Counted from the stretch's first letter, positions 12,441-26,256 are shown. The stretch is 64,000 bases of DNA from Octopus bimaculoides (GCF_001194135.2 NC_068986.1:59649220-59713219), one strand, 5' to 3'. The notes: generated from the letters alone by a model not told the origin. Made by a program: numbers and translations.

Positions 12441-14239
12441 ATAATAAGAAGAAGAACGATGATAATAAATTTTTCTAATATAAGCATAAGGCCCAGAAGG
12501 CCCAGAAATTTCAGAAGACTAGGGTTAGTTGATTAAGTTGACCCAGTACTTCACTGGTACTTTATTTTATTGAAACCTGGAAGGATGAAAGGCAGAACAA
12601 ATACTGCAAAGCATTTTATCTAAAATTCTAATGATTCTGCCATCAAGACCTTCTGTTTCTTCAAAATGTTTGATCAGACATCATGACATTGAAACTAAAA
12701 TTATTACAAAGACTATATTTCTTCTTTTAGACACACATTAAATACTATTATAAAACAAAGATTCTCTAAACTTTTTAACTACACAGCCTTACCATCACTT
12801 AGTGATGCATTCATGATTTTCAGTTTATTTTTAGTTTATTAAACCTGCAGGTAAAAAAGTAAAAGACAGTTTCAGCAGGATGTAGAATATTAAAATTAAA
12901 TACTGAAAGATATTTTTTAATCCCTTTTGATTCACATCCATTTCAGACTGTCACTTATTCTATAATATAACATCTTTTTTCAAAATATTCATATTCAAAT
13001 TCACATTAAAACTTTCCATCACAATCTGATATGACTGGCTGAAACCTTTGAAGGCAGTGTACCCCAATATGACTAAAATTCACTAACTGAAACAAATAAA
13101 AGAAAAAGATATAGCACAGACATTAATAGTATGCCTAAGATTATGATTGGCTGATAGATAGTAATCATTGCAGTTAAATGAGTGTATTTGCACATATACA
13201 CAGACACAAGTTTGTATATCAGCAAAAGCAAAGGAAACACAAGCATTTCCCTCTGAAGAGACAAAAGATTTTGTGTAAAGTTGTTCTTTAAGATGGTTAT
13301 TTGAATTAACAAGCAAAATTCTTAATTTTACTCAACACTTTATATATTCAGAAGTAAACCTTTTGTCAAATAAAAAGTTTAGCATACACACACACATACA
13401 TGGATAAATGTATACATTATATGAAATGATGTATACATATAGAAACAAAAGTGTGTGTGTGCACGTACATAAGTACATATACACATGTGTGCGTGCGTGT
13501 GCATGTGAAACAGGTACAGAAGAAAGAACAATAAGCTTTGAGGTTTAAAGAACAAATATTTTGCAGAAGATAATGCTGGAGAGAGGTGATAAAGATTTGA
13601 GTAATTGTTTTTTTAATTTATTTTTGTCTTGTAAGCAAAATGTAAATGACTTGGCTTTTACAAGTTGAAGCTGATTTTCAGATCACTTCAAAAAAAGAGA
13701 AAGCAAGTTTTATGTTCTGGCAAATAAAATAGTTCTTAGAGTTTGTTGTTCAGTTCTTACATTAAATGATTACAATGTTAGTAGAAGGTAACTTTGAAGA
13801 AAACAATCTCACTGAACATTATTATTGTTCAACCACTTATTATATTACTTCTGATATAGTGAATCTTGTACATAACATTTACACCTTACATAAATAAATA
13901 AATAAGTAAATATAACAAAAATAAAAATATAAATAAAACCCTTCCATACAGTATAATTTAATAACCAAAGTCATTCAGAATTTCAAAAATATCATTATGA
14001 AATTTAGAAACAGGGAGAATTTAACATTTCAAAGTCTATGTATATACTTAAATAGATTTACACACAGAAACCAAATATACATGCACATGTGCTGATACAT
14101 ATGTGCACAAACATATATACATCTTAAAAAGTGACAATGTTAAATGTGTTTATATAAACAGAAGGCAATATAGTTATGTTAGAAGTGACATTTAGATTTG
14201 GAGTCTTTGTGTCGTCTAATTTATCAATTACTGTTGTTG

Positions 14240-14810
14240 ATGTTTAGCACCTGGTTATCCCAGATTGAGAATATTTAGGATCAAAGGCATTTTTGCCATG
14301 ACCATACTGTCTTTTCTGTAGATCAAGAACTATACTGTTCAATATGTCCCTTTTTTGTTTTTTTCTAAAACAGAAGTATGAATTGATTGAGTTAGCTGCT
14401 ATTTCTAGCAGATCAAATGACCATGTAGAGTAGATTCCCTTGTCTGATTGTTGTTTTTTATGAAGTTGAAAACTTAGAAGAAATAACATTAGCATTCAAA
14501 GCAAGGACAAGTACAACATCATTGACAATAATATTAGTCAACAACAATTCCAATAATTAAGACAAGAAAAAAATGACAACAAAAATCAATACAAAAAAAA
14601 ACAACAATGCTACCACCACTACCATTAACAGTAATAACAAGAATGTTAAGTGGTTGTTTGACCTGTTAGAAATAGCAGTTAAATTCCCTTATGTCATAGT
14701 CAAGTTAATATCTTTAAAATGAAGGACACATTAGATATATAAAAAATAGGAATGCCTTTGATCATAAGTTTTGCTCAAACAGGATTTGATCTGCAGATAA
14801 ACCACCATCA
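14240..14810. mobile_element. Two oppositely oriented copies of repeat family C (gacctgctagaaatagcagccaaatct...)
   Basis: Copies at about 14240-14480 and 14650-14810. Further copies near 11110, 17550, 18190, 18395, 21100, 21290, 29260, 49980, 50480 and 51965. Confidence 0.65.
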
Positions 14811-16171
14811 CCACTACCACTATCACTACTATTCAAAGTATACCATATTCCAGTCAATAAAGTTATCCACTTTATTCTAGTCTATTATCTATCAAGTACC
14901 ACTGGATATTAACAGTAGGAAGAAAAAAGAAAAACCGTCAAAATCTGCTCTAGATGATGTTATTGTATGTTTTGTGCATGTATATGTATATACGTATGAA
15001 TGTATGTATGAATTTACGCATGTCTGAGGTGTGCTTATAGTTGTGCCTAAAATGTTATTAACTTTCTGACATGCAAAGTAGCATTATAAAAATTATATTT
15101 ATTCTAACGGTGAAATTAATGGTTCCAACCTTACCATGAAATTCTGCTCAGGTGAAATGATGATGATGATAATACTAATAATAAAACAGAATAATAACTG
15201 AGGGAACTTCTTGGAAACACATAGAAGAACCAGGGGCTGATGACACAATAAAGTGACAAAGAGCTAGGCAAAACTATATGCACCCCTGCCTCGTACACAT
15301 ATATACATCCTCTTTCTCCCTCACACTGCCACCTCTGCTATACTGTTTCACTATGTCTTTAAAATAAGGGATAAGGTAGGTGGTTGTTGTGATGGTTGTG
15401 TTGGTGATTATGGTGGTAGTAGATTGTTGTTACATCAGCATCACAGCAGGAGGAGAAAGAGAAAATGTAGGGGAGTGGGAAGGAGAAGAGAAACAAAGAG
15501 GAAGGAAAAGGTGTCTGAGGAGAGGAAGGAGTATAGGGTTAGATAACTTAGAGCAAAGATTGTTTTCTTTTTTTTTTAATATTATTTTATTTTATTTCTA
15601 GACAAAGCTAGTTTTTCTGTATTTGGTTGTTCCAACAATACATCCTTGAAGAACAATAAAAGCAGCAACTGCAGCAGGAGAAGCAAGCAAGTCAAGGCAG
15701 CAGCCTGGTTGACAATGAACTCAGATTGTCAAAAGAACTCAGGACATCCAAAATGGGAAAATATGATCATGTATTTTTTCTTCTTTTGCTTATTTTGTTG
15801 CTTGTTCTCTTGTGTCTAGTTTTCTACTACTGCTCTTGCCACTCCAGCTTCCATCTTATCAGCTCTACTTACTAGTCTTAGATTACAGATTACATAGCTA
15901 GGACATCTTGAACAACATCAAGAGCAATAGAACAGACATGCTCTGAGACAATAACTGACAATGACCTATGTTAAAGCTAAACTAAATAAATGGTTTGTTA
16001 ATTTGTCTCAGCCATTGGACTGTTGCCATGCTGGGGCACCACCTTGATAGGTTTAGTCAAATAGATCAACCCCAGGACTTAATATTTTGTAAGTCTGGTA
16101 CTTATGCTGTTAGTCTCTTTTGCTGAACAACTATGTTACAGGGATATAAACAAACCAATACTGTCTGTGAA

Positions 16172-16219
<48 letters not shown>

Positions 16220-16256
16220 GCAAGCATAAAATATACAAACACATATACATACATAG

Positions 16257-16290
<34 letters not shown>

Positions 16291-16298
16291 GTAGGAAG

Positions 16299-16500
16299 CC
16301 GAGCCTCACTACATCAAACCTGCACACATGGGGTATAGCAGAGACACCAGCATGTGTGTTGTGTTCTAAGTGAGGAACCCTGGAACACATCCTCAAGTGC
16401 TGCATGAGGGCACTTGGAGAAGGACGGTACCATTGGAGGCATGAAGCCATCAGTGCAGGACTTGTGAGGGCAAAGCAGTTCCGGCCCTCCAAGAAAACCA
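16299..16500 (+). mobile_element. HERO-clade-like non-LTR retrotransposon fragment
   Basis: PSLTTSNLHTWGIAETPACVLCSK*GTLEHILKCCMRALGEGRYHWRHEAI: CCHC knuckle followed by GRY.WRH. Confidence 0.75.
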
Positions 16501-19500
16501 CACACTTGGCAAATTTGATCAGATGCTTGGGGCTGGAGGTAATGATGTCTGTATATAAATCTCTCCAAAACCCTAAAGGGCTTACAAGGCTGATGTATAT
16601 AACTATGACTTTGTCCTTGAATGTAGGAGAGATAGATCTTTCTTCACCCTATTGTATCACAGGTACATTTGACATGAGAACTTTATGAGTGTAGTACAAT
16701 TAGTAAATGAGAGGGTAAGCTAATAAGAGAAGTAAAATTAGAGGATAAGAGAGAAAAAGAAAGGGTGGGGAGAGAGACACACATTTTAATGTTCTTTTGA
16801 TGGTGTTTGATAAGGAAAACAAGAAAAACAAACATATTGGGAGAAAGTGGATAGTCAACCTAGATCTCAATTTGTTTACAGACAATGGATATGTTAAATA
16901 TTTCACTCATTATAAATAGAAGTGCAAGTAGGAAAAAAAAAAACAAAGCAACAACAACAACAGCAGGAATAATAAAATAGAATCTGTGTATTTTAGTTCA
17001 ACAGTTAGTAGGTAGTAGTAGCAGTGGTAGAAATAGTTGTTGTCATTCTGAAGATAGACTGTTCAAGGTAAATAATGCTTTCATGATAAGTTTAGCCTAA
17101 ATTTAAAATAAGATGTTTGAAGTTTGTTAAGAAGTAGAATTAATTAATATATACAACACTCACACACACACACACTCACACACACTCATACAAACACACA
17201 CACACACACATGCGCACACAAACTCAAGTACTCCTTCCCTAGTAATTGGTTTAACAACATGCCAAGACTCAAGGACTGCTTATGGGTGGTCTTACAAGCA
17301 ATGATCGTAACATTTTTCTGTTATTTGGACAACATCAACTGCTGCTGCCACGACCATCACCACACAAATCAGCAAAGGAACTTCTGCAAGGCTGCTAAAT
17401 GAAAAAGCTAAATCTTCCTCAAATCATCCCTTACAACTTTAACCCTTTTGTTAGCATATTTCTGTTTTCTTCCAGTTAATTTTGAAAATAATCAAAAATT
17501 TAGCAAAATAACATTATTATTAAGCCAGCATTTGGAATATAATTTAATATGATATTTTGATACATGGTTTTAATTTAAATCACTTTAAAACAGGAATTTT
17601 GTATCATAGAACCAGGGGTGGGTCTTAAGTAAGTGGTAGCAAAAGAGTTAGATAAAGATGGTATGTATGAGTCAAACATATTCTTAAAAAAAGATGAGAC
17701 AGTCATAGATGGAATGCTTTGATCACAGATCTGTTCAGTGTGGGGGTGGGTGAGGGTCGGGGTCACAGTATTTGGGCTGAAATGTATAAAAGAATAACCA
17801 TAGCCACAACAATAAAGAAGCCTCTAATGACTGCTTGATTTACAAGAAAGAGCAGCAAAATCTCTCTCTAATGATATACAATTTTATATAAAGGGAAGGG
17901 TATATTAGAGCAATTACCCTTAAAAATGTAGGATGGATATGGTGGTAATGTCTTTGGTTATAGGCTACCCAATCAGTTAAAAGAACAACAATATGAGCTT
18001 GTCAGTGACCAGTAGAAAGCTCCAAATCTTTGCAAGAAATTTTTTAAAAATTCAAGTTAAAATTGAAGTTAGGAACATGTCAGATATTAAGCTGAGTGGA
18101 AGAGACTACACTTTGATATTAGGCAAAAGGCTGCTCTATCTAATGTATATTTATCCCTTTTTAAGACATAAGTATGATGTTATTTGAGAGAGATTTAGTT
18201 GCTATTTCTAGCAGATCAAGTGATTATATTGAGTCTCCTTCAGTGGATGTGTTGTTGTTTAGTCTCTCGTCAGTCCTAACTGAACAGATCTATGATCAAA
18301 GCATTCCTGTTGTGACAATATTTTTAGTTCTTCAGTTCTTATCTATGGCAGTGCAACTTAAGGGAGATTTGCCTTTCACTTTTAGCAGGCCAAGAGACCA
18401 CTGCTGGTTCATGTGGGGGTAATAGCAACTAAATCTATTTCAAATCACAACCTACTGTCTTAAATAAAGAAGGATACATTGAACATTCTAATTCCTGATA
18501 TATAAAGAGACAGGATAGTCATAGCTACAACACCCTTGATCCAGGATCTACTTGATTAGGGCTAACCTTGGGTAACTTTGCAATAAGAAATCTGAAACAA
18601 TTAAATCTAATATAAGTAAGATAGAGATGACAAAGATAGAGGTGATATGGCATAGTTGATAAGGTATTAGACCACCAGCTTGTAGATCATGAGTTCAAAT
18701 CTACTGCAGATATTTTATTGTGTTTCTGGTCAGATAACTATTTTTGAATTGTTGCATTTCACCTAGCAGTTGGGAATAGGTAGTAGATCATTTCTAGAAT
18801 ATTAGTGTCTGACTCAGAGGAATTTTTTTTCCTCATTTCCCTCATGCCATGAAATCAAACCCAAACTCTGTCTTTTAAAATCTTCATTGGGCTAAAAGGC
18901 ATTTACACATTACAATATGGCACTTTTGTGGTCCTCGTGTAACATATTAAGAGAAGGAAAAGACTAAGAAAGACATGAGAAGTGCTAATGGCTGATCTTG
19001 TAATGCCGAAACTCAAAGACATAATTATGGACAGTGCCAAACAGCAACTGCTGTAGTGGAGAAGATCTGCCCAACCCACACAGGCATTGTAAAATGGACA
19101 TAAAATGATCATAACTAATCGTATAAGCTTTTCTTCTGTAACAATGTTTTTCTAGTTATTTATCCTCTTACCTAACTACACCAACTTTGTCTTCATGTGA
19201 GTGAAGATGAACATAAACCATGCTAATCCCACCATATTATCTATATATACACGTGTAGGACAAACTGTTTGCACTGCTTCTTTAAGCAAATTGATAAACA
19301 GAAAAGTGAGAGAGAAAGCTTGCAGGACTTGATTATAAATTATTAAAGAAGGAAGAAACAAGCATATAAAATACATTAAGGAAGTCAATTCAATCTGCAA
19401 AATGTGTCGCAATATGAGAAATCAAAAAAAAAAAACAACACAAATATGACAGGAAATATAAACTATCAGAGACATTGTAACTTTTCAACACCAGGTTCTC

Positions 19501-20520
19501 TGACGTAACCCCTAATGATATATATATATATATATATATATAAAACTAAAGTGATTTTTGTGTTCTAGTTACTGTGAATTAACCTTTATAATTTCTTTAA
19601 ATTATTTGAAAACACAAATTGTCCATTGATTTTGAAAATGAATTTGATCATTGCATTAAGAGTGTAAGTGGTTGAATAGTTGCTCCAGCATGGCTGCAGT
19701 CAAATGACTGAAAGAAGTAAAAGAATAAGCACATGTTTCAGCCAGAGTCAGCATGACACCTGTGATAAGGCCGGACTTTTGAATTACAGATGCAATGCAT
19801 TTGACAAGTTTTCACACAGTTTCTGTTGACTCAGTTTCACTCAGAAGGCTTGGACTGACCAGAACCTATGATAAAAGACACTTGATCAACATGCCATATA
19901 ATGGGACTGAATCTGGAATCTCTCAATTGCAAAACAAACTTCTTAACCATTTAATAATATTGCATCTACTCCTACATTATGATTTAATAAAACTAGAATA
20001 TTAAGAGAACACTAAATTTATTTCAGAATTATTTAAGAATTTTTTGCTATCCCACACAATTTTAAACCAGCATTTATCTTATTGATATATTTCTTATTGG
20101 TTTAGAGAAAGGAAGGCAGCATCCATGACCTTTTCTGAGGTTTTTGAGGTTTGATGGAAGAATAAGCCATGAATAAGAAGTTTGTGTAGTAGAAAGTAGC
20201 ATAAGAAGATACTGAGACATCCTTAAACAGATCAGCTGATCCAAATGCTTACCACAGAATGAATGACTCTCCTAAAGGCAACCAGGGCCAGGTAATGATG
20301 CTAAACCAGGTGAAAAACTGAGTCTGCTTTAATGTATGGAATACACAGGCACACATGCACAAGTACATATGCATGCATGTACGTGCACATGTGCATACAC
20401 ACACACTGTTGTAATGTGTACATGTGTACTCTTTATACAACATTTTGCATTTTGTAAGCCTTTACAATGACTCAGGAACTGATTAACTAGTGTGTAGCAG
20501 GATGTATGTGCATGTATTGG

Positions 20521-20564
<44 letters not shown>

Positions 20565-20639
20565 TTGTATGTGTGAGCTAGAGGGAGTATGTGTGTACAT
20601 GTATATACTTCTACCATTGAAGCAACATGTAATTCACAT

Positions 20640-20705
<66 letters not shown>

Positions 20706-21829
20706 GAGGAAGGAAATGAAAAATTTACAGTGCTTTTACTCTAATTAAGAATTTAATCTGCTTACACTTAATGTAGGATGTGTTCTGTTTATTGACTTGC
20801 TTCTTGGCGTTGATGAGGATTTGGAAAAAGAAAAGGAGAAATCAGAATTGCCAATTAATGGCTTACAACCCAGTTTATTGTTGAATGAGTCTTTCAATAA
20901 AAGGTCCATTAAAGAACATTGATATTGTTATAGCCACCATCCTCCTGCAAGTTTTGAAACCAAATAAGCTATTCATTTACAGACAAATTCTTTACACTGC
21001 TATCTCAACAATTTACTTTAAATACTTTAAATGTTTATAGGTGGAATGCTTATGATGATAGGTCTAAACAACAGCTTTAAATATGAGCTCACAAAACAAT
21101 CTTTGCATGGTTGCTTGATCTACCAATAATAACAACCATATTCATCAAATCATACCGAAGCTTCTTAAAAAGGGAACAGCACACCAGCAAGCAGATTCCT
21201 ACATACATCATGTCTGAAGATACGATGGGATGGCCATGGGTGGAATATCTTTGATTATAGTCCTAAATAATAAGCTGAGTGAGCTTCTACATGGTTTTTT
21301 GATTTGTTAGAAGTAGTTGGTAAAATCTCCCTCATATAACACATTACACAATAAAGGATACATTAGGTAATGTAGTCCCAGATACATTAAGTCTAGAAAT
21401 TTGATGAGATGGCCATGCTTAGACTGCATGACTATATTTCTATCATTATATAGAAATTTAACTAGGAGGCCATCAGTAGTTCCCCCATATGAGATTCAAT
21501 GACAATATGTGTGTGTTCTCTTCTGTTTTAACTATTTAAATCCTTCTTCTGAAGAAGGAGCTGGTTTCTAACAAAGATACAAAGCTCCATCACTGTAATG
21601 TCATGTTGTAAACCTGAGAAAAGTCTTGCATATTTTCACTGTATTTCAGTCTCGGTATAAAATGTGGAGGATCAAAATATTCTCTAACAAAACTTTTTAA
21701 CTCAAAAGATACCACAATTGCTGAGTGACATTAACACAATGTTGTTCATAGTATATGTAACATTCAGAAATAAAAAGTAAGTAATGATGTATTGAAACAA
21801 TAGGTGCCTGTTCAGTCCATCTTCTCATA

Positions 21830-22725
21830 TGAGATATGTTCAATAAATACCCGACTTTATTTTCCCTGCCAAAACTAATGCATGGGCTAAGTTTTTTGGA
21901 TGGGAGGTGACACCACCCTTCTGGTGCATGTGTGAAAACTTTTGTACTGATAAGCCATTTCAGTTCCTGGCTGTTACACCTAGAGTGCAGATGTGTAGTG
22001 TGTGCTCATTGAAGTTTTGTTTTCATGCTGTTTTTGTTTTGTTCTTTGTTTTCAGATGACTGAATGCATTGAGCAGAGACCATAAACCTATATCTCATCA
22101 CCAGTGATGATGGTATTCATGAAGTTTGAGTCATTGTTTGCGCAGTCCAGCATGTCTTGGGCAATTTTCATGTGGAGTTGCTTCTGCTGTCCCACCAGCA
22201 CCTTAGGGACGAATTTCACTGACACTCTTTGCATGTACAAATCCTACATTAAAATGGAATGCACTGATGTTGTGCTTATTCCCACTTTGCAAACAATTAC
22301 CTGGTTTGTTACATGATGGTCTTCTATGACTATTTGCTGAACCTTCTCAGTTGGCTCTTAATTTTCACTTGTGAATGGCCTGCCTGAGAGTGCCTCACTC
22401 TTCACTGAACTGCAGCCATGTTTGAAGTGGTTGTACCATTCTTTGATCTGAGTTTTGTCTATGGCATAATTGCCAAAGGCCTGCTAAACTTATGAATGGT
22501 TCGAGCTTGTGTATTACCAAGCTTTTGGCAAAACTTGAAGCTCAATGTGTTCAGTGAAAACAAAAATCCAACATAACAGTTGAGAACTGATGCAGCCTAC
22601 TGGCATGAAAATTTTCATGCATGTGGAGGAAAAGGGTGGTGTCACCTCCCACTCAAAGGATTGTGCCCACACTGCACTAGTTTGGATGGGGGAAAATAAA
22701 GTTGGATACTCTACAGATATTTATG
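21830..22725 (-). mobile_element. Internally deleted mariner with long imperfect TIRs
   Basis: TA at 21828-21829; perfect 19-bp inverted match 21902-21920 / 22632-22650. Minus-strand remnants WYNHFKHGCSSVKSEALSGRP and TGDEI*VYG. Confidence 0.8.
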
Positions 22726-24090
22726 GATTTCCACATGTATATCTAGTGACAGAAGAAGTTCCACTGTGTGATAGCATACTCACTAAGGTTTTTACCCAAA
22801 TTATATTAAAATTATGTTCTCTTCTGTTTTTAATAATTTTAATTCTTCCTCTGAGGAGGCTGGTTTCTAATAAAGATACAAAGCTCCCTTATTGGAATGT
22901 AAGAAATACCTTCATTTTATATCTCCCTATATTTCCTTCCTTTTCTTCATCAAAGTTAAAATAATTTAATTTAATGTAATAAACCCTTACTACTTTGTAC
23001 TGAGACAGAAGTAATTTCATTCTATCATAGTTCCATTCTATCACTGAAAGTAAAATTAAAAGAAAGGACAATTTAGTTGTGTTAATGAATATATTTTTAT
23101 TCCTATTACTAGAAAAGGAGAAAAAAAAGAAGGAAAAACTGACAAGCTGATCCTTTCCCTTACCATAAACTAAACCAACCAGTCAGCTGAAAGATTGTGT
23201 GTGTGTATGCATGTGTATGTATGACTAATGTATAATTATGATATGTATGAATATCCATATAACTTTCGGTATGCATTAACACACACATGATGTAAATGTT
23301 CAAATGATATATTTCCTACTTTATAAATTTTATACCTATAGTTCCTTTTCTGGAAAAGATGAGCCCATAGCTTTGTGGGAATTCTCTTGAGATTAGAATG
23401 GTGTATGAACAGAATAAATAATGCTTTCTCTGCCTTTTACACTTATTCTGTTGATGTCCTGTAGTGTGAAAATGGAACCTCAAAAGAAATATAATTTTTT
23501 GAAACAAAACTCTAAAGAAGGGAGACAAAATAAATAAATAAATAAAAATAAGCAAGTGTAATAGAACAGGGGTTAGATGAGGTAGGGTTAAGGAAGTATA
23601 AAGCAAAAGTTGACTGATGCATGCATTGTGATTCTGTGATTATGGACAGTATGACATGCATAAATATATGAAATAGCTGATGCGAAAGTAATCAATAATC
23701 CACCAGAGCTGTTTATTCATGTATTATTTATATTATCCTGATGTCTATATCACATTCATTCACACATTTGTAAAATTACTGAAGTGCCAAAATGGATGAG
23801 ACACCTGAGAAATCTGCGTCAGTGCCAAGTAATGTTGGTCTCAAAGGGCTCACTTCACTAAGATGTAAAGAGGAAACATGTAGTGTCAATGACCTGTTGT
23901 AAGCAGTGGCAGCAATGTAAAACTGATAGGTGTTTCATTGGTCTACAATATTGAGCTCAATTCCACTCACCAAATAAGATAAGGACTTGTATTTTATCCA
24001 CTTAACATCATAGAAATTGTAGACCAAGTTTACTGGTAATGTGGAATGTAAGGGTTTGACAGTAGGATATCTTTTTCCACTAAGATGTTA

Positions 24091-24123
<33 letters not shown>

Positions 24124-24232
24124 NNNNNNNNNNNNNNNNNNNNNNNNNNNNNNNNNNNNNNNNNNNNNNNNNNNNNNNNNNNNNNNNNNNNNNNNNNNNN
24201 NNNNNNNNNNNNNNNNNNNNNNNNNNNNNNNN

Positions 24233-24294
<62 letters not shown>

Positions 24295-26163
24295 CCTTCT
24301 TCCTATCAGCCCTTTCGCACTTACTTCGTTCATTCAACTCTTTGTTCTTTAGTTCTCCCCTCTCTCACATTTCCTAGCCTTCTCTTCATGCTCACTTACC
24401 CTCCTCTTTCACTTCACTGTGTCCCTTTCATTTTTTTCTTGCCCCTCCTTAATTCTTCTATCCCTCTGCCTCTACCTCTCTCTCTTCTTTCCCCATGTGA
24501 CCGGTGTTCGGCCAAGCCTGATCTTTCTTTCTTGGTTCGACTACCACTAGTGCAATATCTATATTCCTCCCTGTACCTGTCAAATCTTATGTTCCTGCCA
24601 TAAGGCTTTACTTCCACACACACCAGCTTAATTTAATTCATCCTTAGTCGAAAGACACCTGTCGTTATGTCCTGTTATTTGCATTTGTATTTGTGTAACA
24701 TTCTCTGTTTTTTTCCGTCCTTGTTTTTGTATACATTTGCTGCTTTCTTCCAAGGAATCTAATGCTCTTNNNNNNNNNNNNNNNNNNNNNNNNNNNNNNN
24801 NNNNNNNNNNNNNNNNNNNNNNNNNNNNNNNNNNNNNNNNNNNNNNNNNNNNNNNNNNNNNNNNNNNNNNNNNNNNNNNNNNNNNNNNNNNNNNNNNNNN
24901 NNNNNNNNNNNNNNNNNNNNNNNNNNNNNNNNNNNNNNNNNNNNNNNNNNNNNNNNNNNNNNNNNNNNNNNNNNNNNNNNNNNNNNNNNNNNNNNNNNNN
25001 NNNNNNNNNNNNNNNNNNNNNNNNNNNNNNNNNNNNNNNNNNNNNNNNNNNNNNNNNNNNNNNNNNNNNNNNNNNNNNNNNNNNNNNNNNNNNNNNNNNN
25101 NNNNNNNNNNNNNNNNNNNNNNNATGAATGTATGTATTTATAAATGTATGAATGTGTATGTGTATGTAGATATATATGTGTTATCCAAAAAGTAGTTGCA
25201 ATTGTGACAAGGCATTTGCTACTCTTCTCATTATTCCTATTTGTCACCAATATTCATTCCACTGGACACCATGTGCTATTTTTCTTTAAATTATACAGAT
25301 TATGCTGTACCATAAATGTGATCAACTTTTTTTGTGTATATCTATCTTGTCTGTTGGAGTCAAAGTAAGACAACTGTTCTGCTTAGACAGGTATACATAT
25401 TCCCACCTGTCCTCTTGTTCCTGAACAATCAGATTATCTTTTCCTTAATGGCAAGCCAATCTTGGAGAATTCTTGATTTTTGAGATTATCTTCTTATTAC
25501 AAGCTGGTTGCAGTTGACATGAGGCATTAGCTTACTCTTTTCTTGAAAGGAAGATGATGTTAAATCAAGAATTTAATTGTATGATATTTGATGTACTATA
25601 TTTGTTTTTTAATTTCTATATTCATGCTACTACATACATACATAAATACATGCATACAGAAGATAAGTAAGTATGTATGTACACACACACACACACATAA
25701 ACTGCATCCAATAGTGGGGATCTGGGATGGGAGTTCTGGGGTTTTGAAGAGTGTAGAATCACCACTTAGCTACTATTGTTCCTGGGTATAATCTGAACAG
25801 AAATATAGTCACACACACATACACACACATATATATATATAATCCAAATTTAGGGAATGGAGTTGGTAAAATCCAGGCTACATATCTTTCCCTAAATTTG
25901 GATTTTTATTTGCATACACAGTAACCCCAGTTGCTAACTGTGAACTATAAAATAACTTTTTTTAATTTACTGAACTTCAGTATGGGAAAAAACTTACAAC
26001 CTTCTATATAAATAAACCACTATTGTTCCTGAAAGTTGTTTTTTATATCTTCTATGGACTGCTTGAAGCTTACTAACTTCCTACACCTGGATCCTTAGAT
26101 CTTACCTTTACATATAATTATANNNNNNNNNNNNNNNNNNNNNNNNNNNNNNNNNNNNNNNNN

Positions 26164-26225
<62 letters not shown>

Positions 26226-26256
26226 ACACACACACACACACACATACATATATATC

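Noticed and set aside
12786-12800. Another ATG|GTAAGG motif
   Set aside because: It appears to derive from a decayed SINE B head, and shows that such motifs arise by chance.
19176-19230. ATG...GTTAG|GTAAG candidate first exon (MVYVHLHSHEDKVGVV)
   Set aside because: The donor is phase 2, incompatible with phase-0 exon D.
20244-20300. GTG|GTAAGC donor with a possible 48-nt phase-0 cassette (HHYLALVAFRRVIHSV)
   Set aside because: Weak acceptor, no ATG and no homology; chance level.
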